From: Lama glama
Lineage: Eukaryota
Assembly: GCA_028534125.1 (NCBI GenBank)
Contig: CM052832.1
Coordinates: 16,990,001-17,054,000 of the forward strand
DNA length: 64,000 bases
Reading direction: 5' to 3'
The notes below the pieces were generated by a model. That model was not told the DNA's origin and made no database searches. It saw nothing but the letters and a program-made list of their open reading frames with translations. This document shows, piece by piece, positions 11,501 through 25,283 of the stretch. A program made the position numbers and the translations under genes. Every line of letters starts with the position of its first letter. The stretch's first letter is position 1.

Positions 11501-14500
11501 CAGCGTTTAAAAAATTATTTTCTTTATTAAATTAACTTCTAAAAAAGCTGTATTTTTATGTTTTAGTAAAAAAAATTCAATACATAAGAACTCAATTAAT
11601 AAAATGACATCTACTATTACAGAGATTAGAGATATCTCTGCTACTCCCTAAAGTTCCAGCTAACGCAATTTGTCAAGAAAAGCAAAATACAAATACTGGA
11701 AAGTCTGAGATTGTCATCATTTGTATGTTGCAAGACATCTACTTGATAAAAACTGAAGAAGCAACTAGAAAAGTATCAGAATCAGTAAGATTTCAGTAAT
11801 GGGTTCTTACAAAATATAAATGCATATCTCAGGGATGAGCCTGTTAAACACTTTCAAGTCACTTCAGAGACTGGCAGTTCCCACCCCAGGAACAGGTTAC
11901 AGAAGTTTGTTAGTAAATTCGTTGCTTAATATTTGAAACAGCTTTCTCTCAGCCAGGGTATAGACTCAGACCTCTTAACATTCCTGAGATTTGATAATAT
12001 AGGTTTCAAATGCCAGCCTTTCTGAGCGTTATCAGCAAGCACATCCTCCCTTTTTCACGTCCACTGCAACAGAAGTGATCCCCCCAAAGGAGGATTCCTC
12101 ACGCACTATATGACTGATGGGGAGGAATCAGCCCAAGACGGAGGCAGGAAGCAGAGACTGGGACTCCGGAAGGAGGAAGTGGATAGGGACTGGAGGGCAG
12201 GGCTGAGGGGGAATAGAGAGTGGGGACTACAAAGCCAGAGTGGGCCTTACAAGCCTGGTGTTTCTGGGTTTCAAGCTAGTTCCCAGCAGAGGCTGACTAG
12301 CTCCACTTTTAGAGCTGCATGCTGCTTCCCGTCCCACTGCTGCCTTCTCAGGAGCACGCTGGAACAAAATATCTTCTCACAACATTTACCCTTTTTCATG
12401 TGTGTGTGTTTAGGCGTGACGTATGGGTAGAATTTAGGATTCACAACTGGTAAATAGGAAGCAAAGGGCTCTCAGATAATCCCATAATGCCTTCTCTCTT
12501 TTTCCCTTATTTGTAGGAAGTGGTTCTTAACCACAGTGTTACCTCCCTCTAGGGATATCTAGCGATGTTTTGAAAATAGGCGGCATTTTTTGTTTGCCAT
12601 GACTTGGGACGTTCCTGGAATGGATGCTAACCCTCCACCAATGTGAGAGACAATCAAGCAAGGTGAACTGCATCGTTTTCTAACGTTCTGCCGGATATTC
12701 AAAAATGGAGGCCTGGACTTGAGTCCCATTTTATGTATAAACACAGGGTAATTCTTATACGGTTTTAATATACCTGAATTTTTAAGGAATGACTGAAAAC
12801 TCATTAAGACTGTACTTTGTGGGAGTTTGAAATTTGCAGATGCTAACTACTATATATAAAACAGATAAACAAGAAGTTTCTACTGTAGAGTACAGGGAAC
12901 TATATTCAATATCTTGTAGTAACCTATAATGAAAAAGAATATGAAAAGGAAGATATGTATGTATATGTATGACTGAAACATTATGCTGTACACCAGACAT
13001 TGACACAACATTGTAAACTAACTATACTTCAATAAAAAAGAAAGGAAAAAAATACCGTAATTTGTTTTTCTTAGAACTTTACTAAAAGTTATTTATAATT
13101 TTGAAAAATTATGTCACCAACAGCTAAACTGCTAGTGATGTTTGAGTCAACATTACTACACAGCTACCTCAGTCTGAATTTGTATTTGCTGCATTGGTGA
13201 TGGTGCCACATACAGGTGCAAGGATACAACTACATTGTAGTGTCTTTCAGGATAGTCAATCCCAAATGTTTATACACCAGGTTTTATTATAAATTACTTT
13301 GATGTTGTATTATACTACATTTGGGCATGATCGCCTCTTTTTTAAATTATGTGGAGAGGTTATTTTATCCATAATTTTCATTTTAGCATGATTAATTACA
13401 AATGATTTACTTCCAAAAGGGGCATCAGGTCTGATTCTGGAGGAGGGATGAGGGAGAGGGAGGAAAGAGAATTCAAAAGGTCACTGAAGGAATGTTGGTG
13501 GTTGGTGACAGTTTCAGAGACCACTGAAATGATAATTTACATTTTTAAAAAACATCACAGTTCTGTTCAAGCATTTACCAGGTTTTTAAAATTTGTATTC
13601 CTCTCTCCATCCTTTACCTTTAAGAAGGTGATCAATGGGAGAGGAAAGTTAATGACTGGGAATAAGCTTCATTTTCACATATTTTAAGTTTCTCAGGACC
13701 TTGCCAAAAGAACAAAGAACTTTTTTTTTAAGTTCCCCTTTGCAATACAAATTAGTTCAAATTTTTAAAAAATCAAATGCTTGTTTGTTAAAATGTATAA
13801 AGGACTAAGGTAATAACACTTGCTTCCTACTGAAATGTTGTCAATGTTTAAAAAAATTAGTGTTTCTACTCATTTCAAACTTGTGTTTAATTTCTGATGA
13901 TCCCTAAAATCTCAGCTCCAAAAACTCATTATTTCTTCTGGAAGCCTTTAATGAGGTCAGGTTTCTACACTGTCTTCTTATGAATTTGCAACTGCTTTTT
14001 GTGCCATGTCATTTCTATTCTCTCTTCTTGATTGTAAGTTCAAGGAGGGCAGGGACTGTGTTTTTGCTCATCATTGTTCCCCAGTGTCAAAGATAGGATC
14101 TGGCCTACCGTAGAGGCTTAATAAATATTTATTGATTCATGCAGAATTAGTATCCCTGGTTTGCCACATCCTGGCTGTATGATCTTGGACTAGACACTTA
14201 TCCAAGTTCCGTTTCCTCCTTTGTAAGCTGTGGATAACAATATCTACCCGTCTTGAAGCTTTTCTATGTTCCACTTGGGCCAAGTCTAACTTGAACTCTT
14301 ATAACTTCAACCTGGGCAGAACCCTAAGACCTAATACAACCTTGTAAGTTTGGAATGTCATGGGCACCTAACGAATTAATGCACAAGACTCAATAAAATG
14401 CAATAATAAGCAGTTATTATCACTGCTACTATTAATACATGTTTCACTGTCTAACAGAAGAAATAAGGCAGGTAACAAAATTCCATGCTACAAATGGTGA

Positions 14501-16635
14501 TGCTATGAAAGAGATGCAGAACTGTATGAAAATTAAGAAAGCTAATTTCTGAAGGGTAAGGAAAGGCTACACAGAAAGTAGTTTTCATCCTAGGAGGGAA
14601 AGGATCCTAGAGGTAGAGGATGGGGAGGGAAAGAACATTCTGGGAACCAACATCATTTAGCATACTTGAGTTAAGACAATGTGCACTGGGCAGTTCTTCT
14701 GGGAGCCCTCGGGCAGCGCCTTCATCTTTCCTCCCCAGTGTACCTTCCACATTCTCCACTCCTCAGTCCCTCTAAGAAACTCCTACCCCTGCACTCTCAG
14801 CAGAGAGCTTCCTTCCCTGCTTTACAAAGAAAAGGAGACCAAGGGCCATGAACTCTCTCAACCCACCAGGTGTAAGATGTTCTGTCCTTCACCTCTTATA
14901 TCCTTCTCCTCAATCCTTAATCCATGACAAGTAATTTAAGTATGATGTTTAATGGCAACGAAGCTTGATAAAATACCATCATTTTTGAGAGAACATCACT
15001 TTTGGAATGAACCAGAACTGGTGGACTATGTAATGTGTGGTTAATATTTGGTTGATTGCCTGCAGAGCAGCCCCTATGGGATCGCCAGTCTTTACCTTGA
15101 GCTCACCAGGTTTCTTCTCCTCAGAGGACTTGCAGCGGGTGATCTCCTGTAGCTTCTGCTCCAGGGGCTCCAGGCACTTCTGTAGTTTTTCCTGAGATGT
15201 GAGAAGAGGAAGAATGGCATTTGGGGTTGGCTGGTACATCCTACATTCAGAGGCTAATCCATTTGTTTAAAACCATGTTTGTTTCCTGTCCACCTCACCA
15301 CCTCTTGATCCAACTCCCTTCCTTGCCTGTCATTTGGGGTGTCAACTTCCTATAGATCCCTCTTCCTGCCATCAGCTTGTCTCCATCACCTTCCTTGCTC
15401 ACAAAACTTTGTTTTCACTGAATCTCACAGTGTCCAGCTGTCACCAATTCTATCCTTCCCCAGCCCTATTCATTTGCTTACTCAAGGAACTGCCTGTGAC
15501 TGTCAAAGTGATCTTCTGTACCCTGATATCCTTCTTTAAACTTTTTGTCCTATCCAACTCTTAACCAACTGCAAATATAATAAAATCTTGATTATTTATA
15601 CTGCAAACATAATTAAGCAAAGTACCTGATAAAGTGCTAAGACATTAAAATCTCTAGTTCCTATTACTCAAACACTTATTCTGTGTGGCAGCAGTAAGTT
15701 AAACTAGATGCCATGTTATCTATTACCTGGGAAAGATGCAAAACAGACTGATTCAGCTTAGCCTGGTGGGGATCATTTTAAAGTGATGGTACCTAATACC
15801 AGTGGGTAAACAAGGGGTGTGCTGATCAGGGAGACAGAATGAAGGAACCAGATCACTTTTCAGTTCTTCCTAAGTTTGATCTTCTCCATGTGGTTTCATT
15901 CATTTATGAAAAATATGTTACATTCCAAGACCACACATACACAAATGTGTTACAAAAGTCAGAGAGACATTTTGGGGTACTCCTTAATGATCTTCTTCGT
16001 GCCTGAGGATAACTGATCAGAGGTACTGTATGCCCCCGTGTATGCAGCTCTGAAGGAACTAGAGAGTGAGGACTGGATACTCTCCTGCCCTCAGGAACTT
16101 ACAATCCTCTACCCAGGGAGTCTCCCATCCTCTGTGCTCTTCCCTCTTGCCCTGCATTGGCATCATGTGTCCCGTTCCCCACCTTGTACTCCTGTGTGGC
16201 ATCATCCAGTGGCACGACGGTATGGGCCCGGTGGGTGTGGGAAATTGCACATATCAGACAGACAGCCTCCTGGTCCTCATAGCAGAAGAGGCTGAGGGCC
16301 TCATGGTGCTGGGGGCAGAGGCTCTCATCTCGGATCTTCCGCTTGACAGCCTGGAGCTGCTTGGCAATTTCCACCATGCTGCCCAGCTGTCGATTAGGCC
16401 GGAGACTGCGGTAACGGGAAGTCTTTCGACACACGGGACAAGGGAAGTCCCTCTCTAGGTCCTCCCACCAGCGGGTGATGCAAGCTTTGCAGAAGTTGTG
16501 CCCACATTCAATGATGACGGGCTCCTTCAGATACTCCAGGCACACAGAGCAACTTGCCTCCACCTGTAAGTTCTCCAGAGCTGCAGCTGTGGAGGCTGCA
16601 GAGGCCCCAGCCTCTAACAGACTTGTCTCTGCCAT
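8523..16635 (-). CDS. TRIM39: E3 ubiquitin ligase TRIM39 (RING, B-box, coiled coil, PRY/SPRY); coding exons 16183-16635, 15096-15191, 11032-11262, [23-nt exon not visible, probably in gap 10169-10268], 9795-9910, 8523-9070
   Basis: Translations MAETSLLEAGASAASTAAALENLQVEASCSVCLEYLKEP..., EKLQKCLEPLEQ..., RLVESRRQQ..., CEKVKTMEVTSVS... and DVTLDPETAHPNL...RPPTDWE are essentially TRIM39. Boundaries are GT-AG. Exon sizes 453/96/231/116/548 plus a 23-nt exon give 488 aa. Confidence 0.97.
12818..13052 (+). mobile_element. LINE-1 3' end (cetartiodactyl type) with A-rich tail, in a TRIM39 intron
   Basis: ...acagggaactatattcaatatcttgtagtaacctataatgaaaaagaatatg...actatacttcaataaaaaag. Confidence 0.85.
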
Positions 16636-18399
16636 TATTTAACTTGAGGTTAGGAAGGAGGCAGAGAAAAGAAACATGTTAGTTAGAGGTTTAATTTTTT
16701 TGCATCCCTGGCCTGTCAATTACCCCCATTTTCAATCCTAACTTCAGATTTAGCCCATCTTAGTATTTTACATTTTCTCTTCCACTAGATTCAACCTTTG
16801 TTTCTTCACATCCAAAACCTGATTCCCAGAAATCAATTTGTTTTTTTCTCTTCAGCAAACTGACACCCAATCCCCAATCTCTTCTTTTACCACTTTCTCT
16901 CTTTAGAAACAGAGGCTTCCTTTAACTCTAGCCTAGGGTACTTCTGAACCAAGTTCATTCCACTTGCATCTCAGAACCAATAGTTTCAGACCAATGTATT
17001 CCTAGTTTGACGTATTTTTCTAATAGATGAGAAAGGAGTTTGGGAAAGTGAAAAGTACCATAAAAGTCAAAGTATTAATTAATATTTCTTAAATTAAGTC
17101 TATTTTAAACTGTAATGTTACAGAAGAGTTTTACTACAATAGGTTTAATGGAGCCTAAGCTCAATTTTTTGCCACGACTCTCTCACTCTTTCAAAGGGTA
17201 ATAAATGGAATGTCAGGCAAGGATAACAACCTCTTCTTTTCAGGAAAGTTTGAAATTATTCTTGCTTTTATCAGGCTAGCCTAGAGGAAGTGTGCCCTCT
17301 TCTTGGAATAAAATGATTCATACAACAACTGATTTCAATTTTTGTGCATTTGGACGTTTGGAACTGTTGTAAAGTGATAAATTCATGGCAACTATACTAA
17401 AGAGTATATTACTGAGCCCAGGGCAATAACTTCTTGAAAAGAGAGCTGACAAGTCTATTCTAAATACTCAGCAGTGATTGGAGTCTTTGGAAATAGTTAT
17501 CGATAACTAATTCCTTGGATGTACTGGGCCTTCAACTAATAGGTTCTGGAGTGATTGGAACTTAAGAGAGAGAAAAGTAAAGAGGCAAGCAAAAATCTCC
17601 CTCAAATGAAGCGTCAAAAAAATTGGAAATGCATCGAAGAGATTTATAAAGCAAAAGGCTGGTCCTCTATTCCATCCTTAAAACAGTGCCATGAAATTGT
17701 TGATTTCTCTATCCCCATAATCCCTCCTGTCTACCCCTCTTCCCTAAGAGACCCTACAGAGGGAAATTTAGTAGGTCTATGTGTTGAGAGAGAAGTGGCC
17801 ATGTAATGAGTTGGGTTTACAATGATTATTCCTGTATATATTGATGGCATACAAGAAAAGTGTTTAATTTGGAGTAGGAGTTGATAATTTATTTGGACTT
17901 GAATTTCTTCCCTCAACCAGGAGAGAAATTCAGTCAGATAATATTTCTCTACCTAAGGGAATCCAACTTTGACTAGTGACCCTCCCCTTCCCTACTCTTC
18001 TAGAAATTAGGTGACTTGAATTGTATGCAGTTAGGGACCAGGATAGATCTAGAGTGGCAAAGAAGTGGTGTGAAAGAGATGGGGATAAGGTTAGGAAAGT
18101 ATGGGGAGAAGACTTGGAGCTACAGCAATAGTGAGGGCTTGGGTGCCTCTGGGTTGGTCATTTCTTTCCCTCAATTTCTCGTGTCTCAGTAGAAGGGCAA
18201 ACTTCAGGGACGTCCTCATTTTGTTTCTACCACTGTCCAGGGTCCCACCTTGTGACCCTCTCCAGAGCGTGGTCCACAATTCGGTCCCACCCCCGTCTCC
18301 ATCTTCTCCCGCCAGACCTGGCGCAAGGGGACTGGAGAAGGGGGAGAGGAAACCAAGTGGTTGGCAGGGAGGGAGGGATGCATGTCCAGGTGAGGAGGA

Positions 18400-19600
18400 G
18401 GTGTGACGTGAAGGTGGGATGCCCGCCGCTATGACGCAGCCGAGACCCGCGGTGACGGCGTCAAGAGTTTCACCCGGGGAGGCGAGCGGCAGCGGGACGG
18501 GGGAACGGCGGGGTAGCCAAGCAACGCCAGACGCGCTGACGTCGCCGGGGCGGCAAAACGTCCGCCCGGGCCCGAGGCGGGCGGAGGCAGCTGTGGTTAC
18601 GTGCGGGGGGCCGGTGACGCAGTCGCGGGGCGCTGGGACGCGGCGTGCGGAGCCGGCCGGCGGGGGCAGGCCCTAGGGCCCGGGCGCGGCAGCGGGACAG
18701 CACCTACCTTCCCGGCTTCGGGTCCGGGAGTGCGGGGCGCGGAGACGCCGGAGCGCTGCCTCCCTCCTTCCTCCTCCCCCCGCCCCCGCCCCGCAGCGCG
18801 ACACACAATACTCGCCGGAAGCGGAAGCCGCGCCGAGAGGCTCGTGTCAGTGGAAGCCGGGGTATCGGCGGGCGGCCGCGGGAGGGCCTAGCGGCGCCTG
18901 CGGAAGAAGAAGGCGGGGGGTCGGAGGTGAGAACCAGCAGGAGGAGTCAAGGGCAAGAAGGGACCCGGAGGGGCAGGTGGCTGAAATGCGGTCGTCCAGG
19001 TGACCCGAGGAATCCACTGGCGAAAGAGGGCCGCGCATGCGCATAGCGAAGCGCTGAAGCCCATTGGCCTCAGGGCGCCTACGGGCACCGGGGCCGGTGA
19101 GCCCATCCAGTCCAGGGTGCGGTCCTGGGCTCTGGCCTGGCTCGGCTGGTCCTGGGTTGGGCCGGGAGCCACCGGGGGCGGGGCAAGGGCGGGTGGCGGA
19201 CTTTGAGCTACACTTCTCTCTCCTGGCCAGTCCAGGAGAAGGTGACTCGCCAAGGCGGCGGCCAATTACGTGGCGGACCTGCAGGTCTCAGCTCGTACGT
19301 CACTTCCGACTCTGAGTTTTAGCGTTTTAAGATTCACGGATTAGCTCAGTTCTCCCTGCCTTGTCTTTGGATGCTCCTCGCCTTGCCCCTGCTAGGCGGG
19401 CTTTATGGAAATAATCTACCTTCCCCGCTGGAGTGGGAGCCGCGAGGGAGCTGGTACTGCGACTCTGCTGCTTACCTTTGTATCCTGGGCTCCTCTCTCG
19501 GGGCCAGACGGCAGTGAGCGCACCGTGAACACCAGCCGTTCTGGGTGTGAGCCAGTCCCGTCTTTTTCCAGTTTGGGGGCTGTGACTTGAGTTTCTCCGT
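18400..19600. promoter_or_regulatory. CpG island, TRIM39 promoter (probably bidirectional); NRF1 palindrome GCGCATGCGC at 19033-19042, ETS (CCGGAAG) and GC boxes
   Basis: Very high GC and CpG density. A minus-strand donor-like site (AAG|GTAGGT) near 18705 would fit a non-coding first exon. The island lies 5' of TRIM39. Confidence 0.85.
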
Positions 19601-20621
19601 AAGAGCAGATGGTGCTTGTGTAGGGAACAACGGACTCTTGACTCCTTTGCTCTCGTTGTTGGAAACCTCGCAGGCCTGTGACTTTGGAGGAAGAGGGTGA
19701 GGTGATGAGGCTGGGGAAGAGTCGGCTGTAATGAGACTGGGTGCTGAGTAGGGTTGATGGAGCTGGAGAAGAGTAGGTGCTGGGTAAAGGGGTGATGGGA
19801 CTGGGGAGAAGCTGGGGCTGGTAAGGAAGTTAGTACTATGAGTAGACACTGCTGATAGGGCACCTTGCCCCGCCTTCTCATCCCCAACGCTTGGCATGCA
19901 GAATTCTTACTGAAAGAGGTGAACGAAGTTTGGTGTACCCTCCAAAGTGGAGATGGCCCAGTGGCCCAGCTTGTGTCTGTGTAAGTTGTGATGCTGTTTA
20001 CAAACACTGCAGTATTTAACCTCTCACTCTGGGAACCAGGAATTACTTATTTGCAGAAAATATCAAATACGCAGGTGTAAAGTTTTAGGGTCAGGCACGC
20101 AATTGATCTGTTTTTTCTTGACCGTTCTTTGCTTTTTGTTAACTTTTCTTTTTTTCAGTAGCCAGTGATTTGAAGAGGATTAAACTTGACAAATTACATT
20201 TATTAACTTTTTTCTCATTGCTGTTTGGCCCTTGGGAATTTTAGCAGCAGTACTTGTTCTAGTTCATTGAATGCCTCAGTTCTAAGTTAGGGTAATTTGA
20301 AAGCCACTAACTGGGTGATCAACCTCTTTATTTAGCCTTGCTTTGTAGGGAGAGTGATGATAATGAGATTTGGTTCTTGTTTTGATTTGTAACTTTCAAG
20401 GTGTTGGTTCCTACCTTCTGGCTTTCTGTTTGTAGGCGACCAGGGATGTGATTATATTAAGGAAATTTCCAGGAGGAAGTGCATTTCCAAGGAGCAGGAA
20501 GAATGTGTTGGTCTGGAGACTAATACATTATTAAGAGGACTTTACCCTCAATATGGAAGGAAAGGGGGGACAATGTCTAGGTAAAACTATAAAATTACGA
20601 AGGGCATGTAGTATGTCATAA

Positions 20622-20890
20622 AACGGGCTGGCAAACCTTTCCTGTAAAGAGCCAGATAAGATATATTTTTGTTGTCCCTACTCAACTATGTCTTTGTAGT
20701 GTGAAAATAGCATTAGAATATACTAAATGAATGAGCATTGCTGAAATTTGAATTTCATATAAATTCTTCACATGTCATGAAATTTTATTCTCCTTTTGAT
20801 TTTACCCCAATCATTTAAAAATCTGAAAACATTCTTTAGCTTGTGGGCTGTACAAACACAGGTAGCAGATAGTAGTTTTCTGACCACTGA
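20622..20890. mobile_element. MER58-like hAT DNA transposon relic
   Basis: gggctggcaaacctttcctgtaaagagccagata...tagttttctgaccactg termini. Confidence 0.6.
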
Positions 20891-21619
20891 CATAAAATAA
20901 TAAAGTACTCAGTATTTTTCAAGAGGGAAAGATGGTGAACACAATGCTTTGATCTCTTATTTCTATCTGTCCATATGATAACACATAAAATAATAATAAA
21001 GGAAATTTGAGCTCTTAACACAAATTTATTATGACCTGTGAGACTTGGTCAGCTGAGATTTGTGAATGTACTAGGATACAAGTACATTCTTTGAACAAGG
21101 AAAAGTATTCCTTATCTAAAATTAAAAAGGATTGTAGTTTAGGGAGGTGGAATAGCACTGATTTGTGATGTTGATTTATACCAAGGGATTTCCAACATAG
21201 GAATATGCAAAAATGCATTATAATAATATGAAAGGTAATTTAAATTTTTAAAAATACGCACTTTAATATTGTTTTTATATCAGGAAGACATATCTGATAC
21301 ATCTTTTATATCAGAAGATAGCTTGGAACCACTGAGTCATATTGAGGAAAAGGATAGCAGTGCAGGTAGAAAACTGGTTGTGGTCAGATATGGTGGGATG
21401 GGGAGGGCGAGGGTTCAACTGTCCAGACTTCTGAAATTCTTACTCAGAAAAAGGCAAAGCATCTAATTTTCTGCCACCATTTTTTTTTCATTTTAAAAAT
21501 TATGAATAATTTCAAACATACAGAAAAATAGTTGTCAATTCGCTTTTTATGCTTTACATTGGATATCTTTTATCTTTCCAGTTCAGTCACAGGGAGCTGG
21601 CTCCTTTTTGTTTTGTTTT

Positions 21620-21749
21620 ATTTTGAGGGGGAGACAATTAGATTTTTACTTATTTGCTTGTTTATTATTTTAATGGAGGTACTGGGGATTGAACCCAGGA
21701 CCTTGTGCTTGTTAGGCAAACACTCTACCACTGAGCTATACCCTTCCCT
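21620..21749 (-). mobile_element. tRNA-derived SINE (camelid Vic-1-like)
   Basis: ggaggtactggggattgaacccaggacc...ctctaccactgagctataccc: A/B-box head with an AT-rich tail. Nine related copies occur in the window. Confidence 0.8.
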
Positions 21750-22825
21750 CAGCTCCTTTTTCATGTCTGTTTTTACTTCATTGTGTGGACATATAATTTA
21801 TTAAACTATTTTATTTAGAGAAGACATTTAGGATCTTTCTAAGTCTTACTAAATAAAGGCTGTAGTGAACGTCCTTGCGTATGTATCTTTTTTTCCCCAG
21901 TTTTATTGAGATGTAATCAATATATAACACTGTTAGTTCGGGGTGTACAACATGACTTGAGGTATTTGCATATGTATCTTTAGATTGTCATTCCATATAT
22001 TAGTAGGAAGCTGAGCTGCTGAGTCAAAAGACTTGGAAATTTAAAATTCTAATAGTCTTCCAGTTTCTGTCCCATAAGGTAATACCTCTATGCCCACACC
22101 AGCATATTATAAGATAGTCTGTTTCTCTACAGTGGAGCCTGTGCTGATATTTTCATATTTAAAAATATTTGCTAATATTTTTCACTGAAAAATTTTAATG
22201 TATAACAGATCTTGTTCTGCATGTAATGTACATTTTCCAATCTTTTATCAGCAAGTGGGCATTTACTTAGTTTTCTATTGGTTGTTACTTACTTAGTTTC
22301 CTTTTTTGCCTTAGTTTCTTTTCTTTTTTCTTTTTTTTTTTTTGTTGCTACTTCATGAACAGTGTTAAAGGGTCTTTGAATGCATTTTTCTTATGGGCTA
22401 GTGATTTTACTACTGTGAGAAAGGTTCTTGGGTTGAAGGATATTACGTACAATCAGCCCTCCATATCCTTGGTTCTATATCCAGAATGGAGAGCTGACTA
22501 CTACGCCATTTTTTAGAAGGGCCTTGAGCATCGGTGGATCGCGTTACCGTGACGGACGACTGCACTACTAATTTTAATGGATATTGCCTTACTGCTTTTT
22601 AAGAAAGCTGTTATTCTTTACATTTTCCTTGGCAGCAATGTATGAGCTTTCCCCTTTCCATATCCCCAGCAGAGACAGTTATTATCTATGTTTTTATTTT
22701 TTCTAACCTATAAAAAGATGTCTTAGTTATTTAAATTACATTTTCTCTTCCTCAGTAATTTTAAGTATCTTTTTGTTATTATTGTGTGTTTGTCATTGGG
22801 ATTTTTAAATTTTTTTCCTAAGTTT

Positions 22826-22940
22826 TATTTTTGCGAGGCTGGGTAATTTGTTTGTTTGTTTTTAATGGAGATATTGGGGAATGAACCTAGGACCTCATGT
22901 GTGCTAAGCACCCAGTCTACCACTGAGCTATACTCTCCCC
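22826..22940 (-). mobile_element. tRNA-derived SINE (Vic-1-like)
   Basis: Same head motif as the other copies. Confidence 0.75.
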
Positions 22941-23199
22941 ACCAGGATATGTTTTTTTGTGGATTTCCAGTCCTGTCCTTTGCCTGTTTTTCCTGTTGAG
23001 TTGTTTGTCTCTTGCTTACCAGTTTCTACATACATACACATGCTCACTCAGGACATACTGTCCTTATTAAGAAATCCAGCCTGACCCGCAGATTCTAATT
23101 TACTTTCCTAGGTTTTCTTATGGTATTTCTTATTTTTTACATTTAAATCTTTATTTAAAAGAATGTGATATAATGGGAAGATCTTTATTTTTCTCTAGA

Positions 23200-23525
23200 G
23201 CAGTGCTGTTCAATAGAAGTAAAATGCAAGACACATGTAATTTTGTTTTCTAGTCGAAGCTGCATTAAAAAAGTAAGAAACAGGTGAAATACATATTTTC
23301 TTAGTGTATTTTATTTCACCAACTTAACCCATTATATCAAAAGTATTTTTATTCTTATATGTAATCAGTTTAAAATATTTGTTAGTTATTTTATGGTTCT
23401 TTTCTCATACTAAGTCTTTGAAATCTGGTGTGTATTTTGTACTTACATCAAATCTCAATTCAGACTAGGCACATTTTAGTGCTCAGTGGCCACCTGTGGC
23501 TAGTGGCTACTGTTGAAACAGCATG
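23200..23525. mobile_element. MER33/MER3-like hAT DNA transposon relic
   Basis: cagtgctgttcaatagaa...gtgctcagtggccacctgtggctagtggctactgttg termini. Confidence 0.6.
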
Positions 23526-25139
23526 CATTAGATGGATGGCTAGTTGTGCTAGCTCCATTTATTAAATAATAATTCTTTTTTCATTGAATTAAACTATCAC
23601 AGTTGTCATACATGAAATTCTGTCATAGATCTATTTCTGGATTTTTGATTCTCTGTTCTAATGTCATCTATTTATCTCTTCTTATATCAACACCATAGAT
23701 TTTATTTCATTGACTTTATAGTATTTTCTGAAATCTAGAAAGACAAGTCTCTATTGTTATTTTTATACTTTTGCTTTGTTGTTCTTTGATGTGTATTCTG
23801 TATAAACTCTGAAATCATTTTTTCTATTTCCTTCCCTCAAAAAACCCCTATTGTGATTCTACATGGAGAAGCATTAAATGTATAACTTAATTTGGGTATA
23901 GTTGGCATATTTTTATACTGTCTTTCCAGCCAAGAATGTGGTTTGTTCTCCATTTGTTCAGGTCTTGTTTTATTTCTTCAGTAAGATCTTCAGTTTTTAA
24001 AAAAAACAGATTCTTTTATCATTTTTATTACTATTATGAATGGAGATTTCCCCTCAGTTTCTGATAAGCAAACCAGGTGCTTCACTGCTCAAACAGAGAA
24101 GAAATAATTGATATTTGATCATTTCTCACATCTAGATCCCCACCATAATCACCTACTACTAATAATAGATTTTTAACTATAGAGTTTATTTAAGTATTAC
24201 TGGCACTGTATGGTTTCACAGGTTTCCTCAGATAATTCTTGTGCATTTGGGCTAGAGAGGTGCATTTGAGAGATGCTAATCTGTATGCTAAAGATTCTCC
24301 AAATCTATTTCAGGCTTATATCTCTTCTGAAATTCACATACCTAGACCTCAATGTATGCCTGAGATTTTTCTCTCTCACTCTCTCACAACTACTGTGTTA
24401 CTGAATCTGTCTCAGTAGGCTCCCTGCCCCTTTTGACCCCTTTCCAGCTCAAGCACAGATTTGATTTTCTTCCTCCACTGTTCAGTAGCTTTCTAGTGGC
24501 TTCAGGATTACATCCAAACTCCTTAGCATAGCACGTACCGCATGAAACACAGTTGGCCCCCTCCACAGCACTCATTTCTTTGTTCCACAAGCACCTGCCA
24601 CACTGGGCTTTACATAGTTCCCCAAACATTGTTTCAGTTCTTACCTTTTAAAACTTTATAAGGGTGTCATTTCTCTAATTCCTAGCTGGTTCTCTGAACT
24701 TCTTTTCTGGCTCTCATAACATCTATACATGTGCCCTCATCCCATATCTTGTTTTTGTTTATATGTCTCCTTAATTAGACTGAAGGATAACAATTGTCAT
24801 CCCTAGGAACCTAATACATTTATGGCACATACATGCTTAATAAATAAAGAATGAATTCCCCAAGTTCTTGGTTCCTGTCTCTTTTCCATAGTAATTAGCA
24901 AGAAAATGTTTACAATGAGAAGGAGCACAGTGCTTTTTTTTTCAGGAGCAGTAAGGGATTGGGGAAGGAATTTTCCTTTTACCCTACAGTTTCTTGGCCA
25001 GGAAATTCTGAGGAGTACAGTGCATGTCATAGCTTTACCAAGGAAAGCAGAGCGAGTCTCAGCTAGCCAGACCTGTGGCTTTCCTGTCCAGCATTACACT
25101 ACTATTCCTTTGTGTGGGGTTTTTGGCCTCTCACTTTTT

Positions 25140-25283
25140 TGGAAGGGTAGGGGTGGAGGTGGGGAGGAGGGAGGTAATTAGGTTTACCTGTTTGTTTATT
25201 TTTTTTTAATGGAGGTGCTGGGGATTGAACCCAGGACCTCGTGCATCCTAAGCACGTGCTCTACCACTGAGCTATACCCTCCC
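25140..25283 (-). mobile_element. tRNA-derived SINE (Vic-1-like)
   Basis: ggattgaacccaggacctcgtgcatcctaagcacgtgctctaccactgagctataccctccc. Confidence 0.8.

Noticed and set aside
18419..20007. Many overlapping GC-rich ORFs (up to 226 aa)
   Set aside because: Low-complexity Arg/Gly/Pro/Ala frames expected in a CpG island, with no recognisable domain.
25205..25283. tRNA-Ala-like sequences (this copy and eight similar ones)
   Set aside because: They are diverged, lack a proper acceptor stem and carry AT-rich tails, so they are SINE heads, not tRNA genes.
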